From Patescibacteria group bacterium (GTDB taxonomy: Bacteria > Patescibacteriota > Minisyncoccia > Phycocordibacterales > UBA1006), in the NCBI GenBank assembly GCA_028286885.1, contig JAQBQS010000010.1, positions 19,148-83,147 on the forward strand: a stretch of 64,000 bases of DNA. Direction: 5' to 3'. Shown here in pieces: positions 58,327-64,000 of the stretch (position 1 is its first letter; the number at the start of each line of letters is the position of its first letter). The notes below the pieces were generated by a model that searched no databases, was not told the DNA's origin, and saw only the letters and a program-made list of their open reading frames with translations. Made by a program: the position numbers and the translations under genes.

Positions 58327-58950
58327 TTACTTGAAACTTCTTTTTATGAAATCAGCGACGAATTGCGCCTGCTTTTCCCTTATTTCTTTCTTGAAGTGAA
58401 TATGGTCCTGATATATCTCGGAATTTTCAAGGCACGTTGTTAGATTGCGCGTATATTCGCGAATATCGACAATTTCTACTTTATTTCTTTTCATCAACGA
58501 AAACGCTGCGTCATTGTATTTATTATTATCATCTGAATAGCGCAGGAATTTTTTCGCGTTGGAATTATGATGATTTTCATCAAATGACGTTGTTGTCATC
58601 CATGCTAATTTAATGTCGGAATTTTTATATAAGGAAATTATTTCTGAAATATTTTTCTTATACTCTTTCAACGAAACCTGATTATCATCGTTTTTACTTT
58701 TCTTGCGAATATCATGAAGTCCTGCGCCTACGATCAAAATATCCGGATTTATATCTTTCCTGCCAATTTCGAGATATTTTAATACGTCTGCGGACGTTCC
58801 GCCGTTTTCAGATTGCAATTCTGGATAATCATTAAGAAAAGGTTCTTTTCCTGTTTTATGCAAATAAACAAAATCACTGCCGAGGTGATTTTGAATATAC
58901 GCTCCGAAGTGGAGCGAAATGCTTTGTCCCAAAACGAAGACTGTTTTCAT
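58327..58950 (-). CDS. SGNH/GDSL hydrolase
   Basis: LGQSIS, GLHD, DHIHF. Confidence 0.88.
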   Translation of the reverse strand: MKTVFVLGQSISLHFGAYIQNHLGSDFVYLHKTGKEPFLNDYPELQSENGGTSADVLKYLEIGRKDINPDILIVGAGLHDIRKKSKNDDNQVSLKEYKKNISEIISLYKNSDIKLAWMTTTSFDENHHNSNAKKFLRYSDDNNKYNDAAFSLMKRNKVEIVDIREYTRNLTTCLENSEIYQDHIHFKKEIREKQAQFVADFIKRSFK

Positions 58951-58953
58951 GGA

Positions 58954-60054
58954 TTATCTGTTCATCGGCATTACCAAATAGGTAAAGCTCGGATCTCCGA
59001 CGCCTTTTACCACCATTGCGCGATTGGGTTCGGTAAATGAAAAAGATACTGAATCGGCTGAAATGGACTGCAGCGAATCGGAAATATATTTATGATTCAA
59101 GCGCGTATCGATCGCAGCGCCCGAGAGCGCAGCCTCTACATTCACGACGCCCTCGCCCGTATCGCTGTTTCGAGATGTCATCGTACAAATTTTTTCAGCA
59201 GGATTAATAATGAGGTCGATCTGGTTGAACTTATCGGAAAAAACGAGCATCGACTTGAGGATATTTTGCAAATCTCCTTTCAAAATGATCAATTCTGTCT
59301 TTGATTCCTTGGGCATAATCTGTCGGTAGTTGGGATAATTACCTCCAGTAAGCCTTGATGTTATATACAAAGTCTCATTTGAAAAAGCAATTTGATTTTC
59401 AACGATCGAAACTTTAATGGTTCCAGGAAATTCGGACAAAATTCTTGTAATTTCGCCGATATTTTTTACCGGAAGGAGAATTTCAGGAAATTCAGATACA
59501 TTTCCCACTTTTACTTTCTTCTCGGCAAGGCGAAAAGCATCCGTTGCAACGAAAACCAGCTGGTCCCCGTCTTGATACAGGTAAACAGATGCGATTTCCG
59601 GCTTGATGTCGGATGTTGCTGCGGCATACGAGACGCTTCGGATTCCGGAAACAAACTGGTCAATTGGAATTTCAAATGCATTGTCGGTTACAACGCGCGG
59701 AAGCGTTGGAAAATCATCCGCATTCATCGATTTGAGCGTCATTTTCGATCGCTTTGTCTTGATGATCAGGTTATCGTTTTCCGTTTCGAGAGAAAGCGGC
59801 GCATCGCCTGACAAACCGCTTGCAATCTGACCCAATAATTGGGCCGACACGGCGACGATTCCTTGCTCTGACACTTTGGCCGGAATAATAATCTCAGCGC
59901 CTATGTTGAGGTTCGTAGCGCGAATGATGAGATGTGAGGCGTCAGCCTGAATGTAAATGGCGCCAAGAATCGGCAATGTCAGGTTTTTGCCTGCAACTTT
60001 CTCGATCTGGCCAATCGCTTTTTTGAAATTTTCGAGGAGGCATTCGGCTTTCAT
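58954..60054 (-). CDS. dnaN: DNA polymerase III beta clamp
   Basis: LPIL, ATNL, DFP.LP, VATDAFRL, YPNYRQI, YLVMPM. Confidence 0.97.
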   Translation of the reverse strand: MKAECLLENFKKAIGQIEKVAGKNLTLPILGAIYIQADASHLIIRATNLNIGAEIIIPAKVSEQGIVAVSAQLLGQIASGLSGDAPLSLETENDNLIIKTKRSKMTLKSMNADDFPTLPRVVTDNAFEIPIDQFVSGIRSVSYAAATSDIKPEIASVYLYQDGDQLVFVATDAFRLAEKKVKVGNVSEFPEILLPVKNIGEITRILSEFPGTIKVSIVENQIAFSNETLYITSRLTGGNYPNYRQIMPKESKTELIILKGDLQNILKSMLVFSDKFNQIDLIINPAEKICTMTSRNSDTGEGVVNVEAALSGAAIDTRLNHKYISDSLQSISADSVSFSFTEPNRAMVVKGVGDPSFTYLVMPMNR

Positions 60055-60078
60055 ATAAATGCATTCTATCATATTTAC

Positions 60079-60195
60079 CCCTCACATAAAAGTGAAAATT
60101 TAAAACTCAAAGCACGCGATTCTCTCAAATAACCACTAACTCAAGAAGTTATCGGGTTCGTGTTTGAGTTTTAAATTTTCAATTTTATGTGAGGG
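60079..60195. repeat. 37/38-bp inverted repeat element (MITE-like or cruciform) next to oriC
   Basis: arms 60079-60116 and 60159-60195 with one mismatch and one bulge. Confidence 0.85.
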
Positions 60196-60239
60196 TTTTA
60201 TGTTTCAGATGTTTTATATTTTTTGAGACCCTAGTTTAG

Positions 60240-60590
60240 TATTAGATATACTTCGTATATAGAACCTATTACTACTATTAGCCCTGTGGATACTGTGGAT
60301 AAGAGAAAGAACCATATGAAATAGGTAGCCCTTAGAAAATAATCAAAAATCCTGGCGTGGATAACCTTGGGGTGAACTGGTACTTTCTTTTTCTTTATTA
60401 AAAAATGCTCAAGATATCCTTAGTTTTCAAGGTGTTTATAGATGATTTTCATACACCTTACCAGGATGTTATGAGTATATTCATACAAGGTTTTTAAGAT
60501 AACAATCCAAGTCATTATCAGTTCTCTTTTCAAGCGGTTGTTATGAACATTTTCCACCACAGTTTGCACATAGTTTTCCACATATCCCCT
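60240..60590. other. replication origin oriC
   Basis: tandem DnaA boxes 60285-60302, GCCC spacer, DnaA-trio-like repeats 60266-60280, further boxes 60356-60364 and 60574-60582; between dnaA and dnaN. Confidence 0.85.
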
Positions 60591-60744
60591 TCCCTATCGA
60601 AAAAATGTCTCATTATATATTCATATAATACAGTGCAAATACTTGACATTATATATCAAATATGCTAATATATAATCAAAGGACGCAAAATCGCCTCGAA
60701 CGAGGGTATGCGAAACCGATTTCTTTACAATTAATTTATGTATT

Positions 60745-61293
60745 ATGAGAATTCTCTTTTTTCCATCAATCGGAACCGATCTGGTTTCGATTCAAAGACC
60801 AACCTATTCTGTAAAGGCTTTCAAGCAAGGCGATTTGGAAATAACAATTTCACAGCTCACCAGCGGGAATTATTATTTAGATCTCCAAGATGGTGAAAAT
60901 CTTCCATCAGAAGGCCTTATTCCTTACATTGATACCATTATGGAAACAGATTATGTAAAAGAAACCGATGTTCCTTCAAGAGAACTTGGAGAATATAGGT
61001 ACGGAAGCGCTTCTGCGATGGTAAGCATGGCCGTTCCTCCAAAAAGCTGGAATCATAAACTTGCAGGACATTACTGTTATTATTTGGAATTCAATGCCAA
61101 AAATCCCGCTGACATTAAGGAATTGAGGAAAAGATTTTTCCTCGGAACGATCCTTCCCTACAAAATCGCAGGAAAACAGCCTGTCAATTTCAAAGAAACA
61201 TTGGAACTGCTTCTAAACGAGCATAATCCGAAAAATTTCTTCGAGAGGCTCAAAATCTGTTTAAATGCGGCTTTCAAGATGAATATGGCTTGA
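60745..61293 (+). CDS. hypothetical protein (orphan between oriC and dnaA)
   Basis: 182-aa ORF; TTGACA/TGCTAATAT promoter at ~60643-60670. Confidence 0.72.
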   Translation: MRILFFPSIGTDLVSIQRPTYSVKAFKQGDLEITISQLTSGNYYLDLQDGENLPSEGLIPYIDTIMETDYVKETDVPSRELGEYRYGSASAMVSMAVPPKSWNHKLAGHYCYYLEFNAKNPADIKELRKRFFLGTILPYKIAGKQPVNFKETLELLLNEHNPKNFFERLKICLNAAFKMNMA

Positions 61294-61347
61294 TAGTTAT
61301 GAGTAATTAAAAACGCTTAGCACCTGCTAAGCGTTTTCTTTTTGATA

Positions 61348-62691
61348 TTATGTACTCAACATCGATCGGATCTGCTCGATTTCTTGGGCAAGTTCGGTAT
61401 CCGTTTGAACTTCTGTCTTAATCTTGTCGCAGGAGTGGATGACGGTCGTGTGGTCGCGTCCTCCCATCTTGCGTCCAATCAGCGGAAACGAAATGCTGAA
61501 GTCTTCTCGCAGGATATACATGGCAACCTGGCGTGCGCGCACGATCTCTTTTCTTCGCGTTTTCTCGTAAATGAGCGACTCGTCGAGATTGTAAAAATGA
61601 GCGATCGTCTTGATGATATCTTCGACGGAAACGTTTTTCTTGGGCTTGATATTATTTTTGATCAAAAGTTTTACTTCTTGAATATTCAATTCTCTTTTCT
61701 TAACGTCCATCTGCGCCATCAAGGTATTGAAGATGCCTTCAAGTTCGCGGATGTTTCCCTCGACATGCATCGCGATGAAATCCAAGACCTCGTGCGCGAT
61801 CGCAATGCCGTGTTCGCGGCACTTGGCGTTCAAGATTGCGATTCTCGACTCATACTCGGGCTTTGAGATATCGATGATCATTCCCTGGGAAAGCCTTGAT
61901 TTTAAACGGTCTTCGAGCCCTTGGATATAGTTGGGGTGCTTGTCGGAGGAGAAAATAACCTGCCGTCCCTTGTCGAAGAAGGTGTTGAATAGGTGGAAGA
62001 GTTCTTCTTGCGTCTTGTCGCGTCCCGAGAGGAATTGGATGTCGTCCATGATGAAGACATCATAGGATCGATATTTTTCCTTGAACGAGTTGATCTTGTT
62101 CGTTTGGAGCGCGCTCACATAATCGTTGGTGAACTTTTCAGTGTTGGTGTAGAGAATATTGATATTCGGATTCTTGATTTTCATCGAGTTTCCGATTCCT
62201 TGGATCAAGTGCGTTTTGCCGAGCCCTGTTGCGCCGTAAATGAACAAAGGGTTGTAGGTTCCCGGATTGCGCAATGTCGCCTGTCCTGCGGAATACGCAA
62301 CTTCGTTGAACGGCCCGATAATGAAATTGTCGAACGTGTATTTCGGGTTCAGGTTGTCGCGCCTCCCTACCGACATTTCAAGCGGCAGTTCTTTTGCCTG
62401 CATCGTCGGCTGGGGCTTCGGGCTCATACTTGGAATCGGTGCTGTTTTCGAGATGACATACTCGACATTGCGGACATGCTCGTCGTGCGCGCGCAGATTT
62501 TTCAAGATTTCCTTGTGGAATTTGGTGGACAACCATTCGCGATAGAACTCGTTCGGCACGCCGACGAAGAAGATGCCGTCTTCGGATTTGACGCCGTGGG
62601 TATTCTTGAACCATGTCGTAAACATCGCCTTTGAGACGACGAGTTCGAGATCGTGGAGAACGGTCTGCCAGGTTGTCTGAACATCTTGCAT
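61348..62691 (-). CDS. dnaA: chromosomal replication initiator DnaA
   Basis: LNPKYTFDNF, NPLFIYG.TGLGKTHL, DDIQF, GGRDHTTV. Confidence 0.99.
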   Translation of the reverse strand: MQDVQTTWQTVLHDLELVVSKAMFTTWFKNTHGVKSEDGIFFVGVPNEFYREWLSTKFHKEILKNLRAHDEHVRNVEYVISKTAPIPSMSPKPQPTMQAKELPLEMSVGRRDNLNPKYTFDNFIIGPFNEVAYSAGQATLRNPGTYNPLFIYGATGLGKTHLIQGIGNSMKIKNPNINILYTNTEKFTNDYVSALQTNKINSFKEKYRSYDVFIMDDIQFLSGRDKTQEELFHLFNTFFDKGRQVIFSSDKHPNYIQGLEDRLKSRLSQGMIIDISKPEYESRIAILNAKCREHGIAIAHEVLDFIAMHVEGNIRELEGIFNTLMAQMDVKKRELNIQEVKLLIKNNIKPKKNVSVEDIIKTIAHFYNLDESLIYEKTRRKEIVRARQVAMYILREDFSISFPLIGRKMGGRDHTTVIHSCDKIKTEVQTDTELAQEIEQIRSMLST

Positions 62692-62994
62692 AATATGGTG
62701 CCCATTATAGCAGACCTGTGGAAAAGTCGAGGAATCTATCTATATTTCAGCATTAAAAAACACTTTTAAAAAATGACAACCCCACTTCGCGAGGCGCTTC
62801 GTCGGGGCGAGGGATGAATTTTGCCAAGTTCGCAATATGAACCATGTGGATAACTATGTGTACATTGTGTAAAAGAATAACTTTTTTGGGATGTAAAGAT
62901 ATTGGGAAATAAGGGGTTTTGGAGACTTGACTTTTATACATTATTATGTTAATATATAAACATAATCTTTTTATAATACAATAAAAACACATAA

Positions 62995-63429
62995 ATGAAT
63001 TCAAGATCAAGCGAATCAATCCTTAGGGATTTGGTAAACATTCTCTATTTACTGCATCATCCCGGACCGACAGAACGGATCAATGTTTTTGAACAAAGGA
63101 AGAGGAGATATTTTTCCCTCCAGGAGGAATGGAACCAAAAAACAGGAATAGAGAAAGAAATTTCAGGGCCTTTTACGATGAAAGAGGGTGATTTCGAAAA
63201 AATCGAACCGCTTTATCTTTTAAACGACGAGCTATGCCGAGACGATAAAACAGGTATTCCCCGTTATGACATGTTGTCCGGCAATGCTTCATTTAATCTG
63301 CCCCAAAGGCAGCGCAAGGACAGGATCATCAGGTTTGCACTGGCTTCGGTCGGCGTGGACTATGAAAAGCTGTATCCTTCAAAACCAAGAGACATTCTGA
63401 GATTTATTTCAAACAAATTGAAGCGGTAA
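62995..63429 (+). CDS. hypothetical protein (orphan between dnaA and rpmH)
   Basis: 144-aa ORF; TTGACT upstream, terminator downstream. Confidence 0.68.
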   Translation: MNSRSSESILRDLVNILYLLHHPGPTERINVFEQRKRRYFSLQEEWNQKTGIEKEISGPFTMKEGDFEKIEPLYLLNDELCRDDKTGIPRYDMLSGNASFNLPQRQRKDRIIRFALASVGVDYEKLYPSKPRDILRFISNKLKR

Positions 63430-63543
63430 ATCGCTTCTCAAAAGCCTGTACACGCAGGCTTTTTTATTTGAATTCTTGCCCAAAAGGCAGCCCTACCAAG
63501 GAAGCTTGCAAAAATTGGGGTGTTATGCCATACTGTCGCAACT

Positions 63544-63681
63544 ATGGCAGTAAAAGGCTACAAAGCACAGGTGCGCAAGCGGTCAACGACGCACGGATTC
63601 CTCGTCCGTCAGTCAACGACTGCAGGCAAGAATACGAATCGACGCCGCCGCGCAAAAGGACGAGCGCGAATCGCCGTCTAA
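63544..63681 (+). CDS. rpmH: 50S ribosomal protein L34
   Basis: RKRSTTHGFLVRQST..G....RRRRAKGRARI; not in ORF track. Confidence 0.93.
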   Translation: MAVKGYKAQVRKRSTTHGFLVRQSTTAGKNTNRRRRAKGRARIAV

Positions 63682-63721
63682 TCACGAGCCCGGAAACGGG
63701 TTTTTGTGTTACGATAAATTT

Positions 63722-64000
63722 ATGCTTCCCAGATCCCATCGAATTTCAGCTGACCAGTTCCCTGCCGTCACACGCGGCAAGAGTTTTCTTGGCGAGCATC
63801 TACGCGTTGTCATAAAAACAGATCCAACGCTCAGGAATCCGAAATGTGCTGTCATTGTCTCAAACAAGGTTGCAAAGACGGCTGTTGCAAGGAATCGCAT
63901 TCGCCGGCAGGTCTATGCCGTGCTCGGCGAATTCATTGCCAAGCTTCCGAATGCTTATGTTTCAGTTTTTCCAAACAAGGTTCCTCTTGAACATGAAGAG
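63722..64000 (+). CDS. rnpA: ribonuclease P protein component, partial
   Basis: MLPRSHRI...VSNKVAKTAVARNRIRR; follows rpmH. Confidence 0.93.
   Translation, partial: MLPRSHRISADQFPAVTRGKSFLGEHLRVVIKTDPTLRNPKCAVIVSNKVAKTAVARNRIRRQVYAVLGEFIAKLPNAYVSVFPNKVPLEHEE

Noticed and set aside
23241-60195. Long bulged hairpins as integron attC sites
   Set aside because: No RYYYAAC/GTTRRRY ends, not arrayed after each orphan, no integrase in the window
1-64000. Alternative genetic code (TGA recoding)
   Set aside because: Conserved genes translate full-length under the standard bacterial code and none needs TGA read-through

Overview
64 kb of a small, non-operonic bacterial chromosome spanning the replication origin (rnpA-rpmH-dnaA-oriC-dnaN at the right end). 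Gene content and layout suggest Patescibacteria/CPR, probably Parcubacteria (inference): scattered ruvA/B/C, pilM/pilB, short holA, tRNA-Arg(GCG), no biosynthetic operons. Housekeeping genes mostly have extended -10 promoters directly before the ATG (leaderless). About 20 AT-rich orphan genes sit singly between them, most with a TTGACA/TTGACT-type promoter, and their orientation flips at oriC. The best candidate for an undescribed system is a ~700-nt, highly structured non-coding RNA with its own consensus promoter at 45847-46556 (-), between pilB and ruvB. Other highlights: a four-site ECF-type promoter motif (GCACC-N17-CGTAT), a leader-peptide attenuator, 5'/3' end pairing of a surface-protein mRNA, GC-rich palindromic repeats inserted in-frame in tsaE and pilB, and exact 28-bp direct repeats around padR-pspC. 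No CRISPR array, transposase, integrase or rRNA was seen. All calls are by eye, without database searches. Many start codons were moved from the ORF track to fit promoter position or family N-termini.
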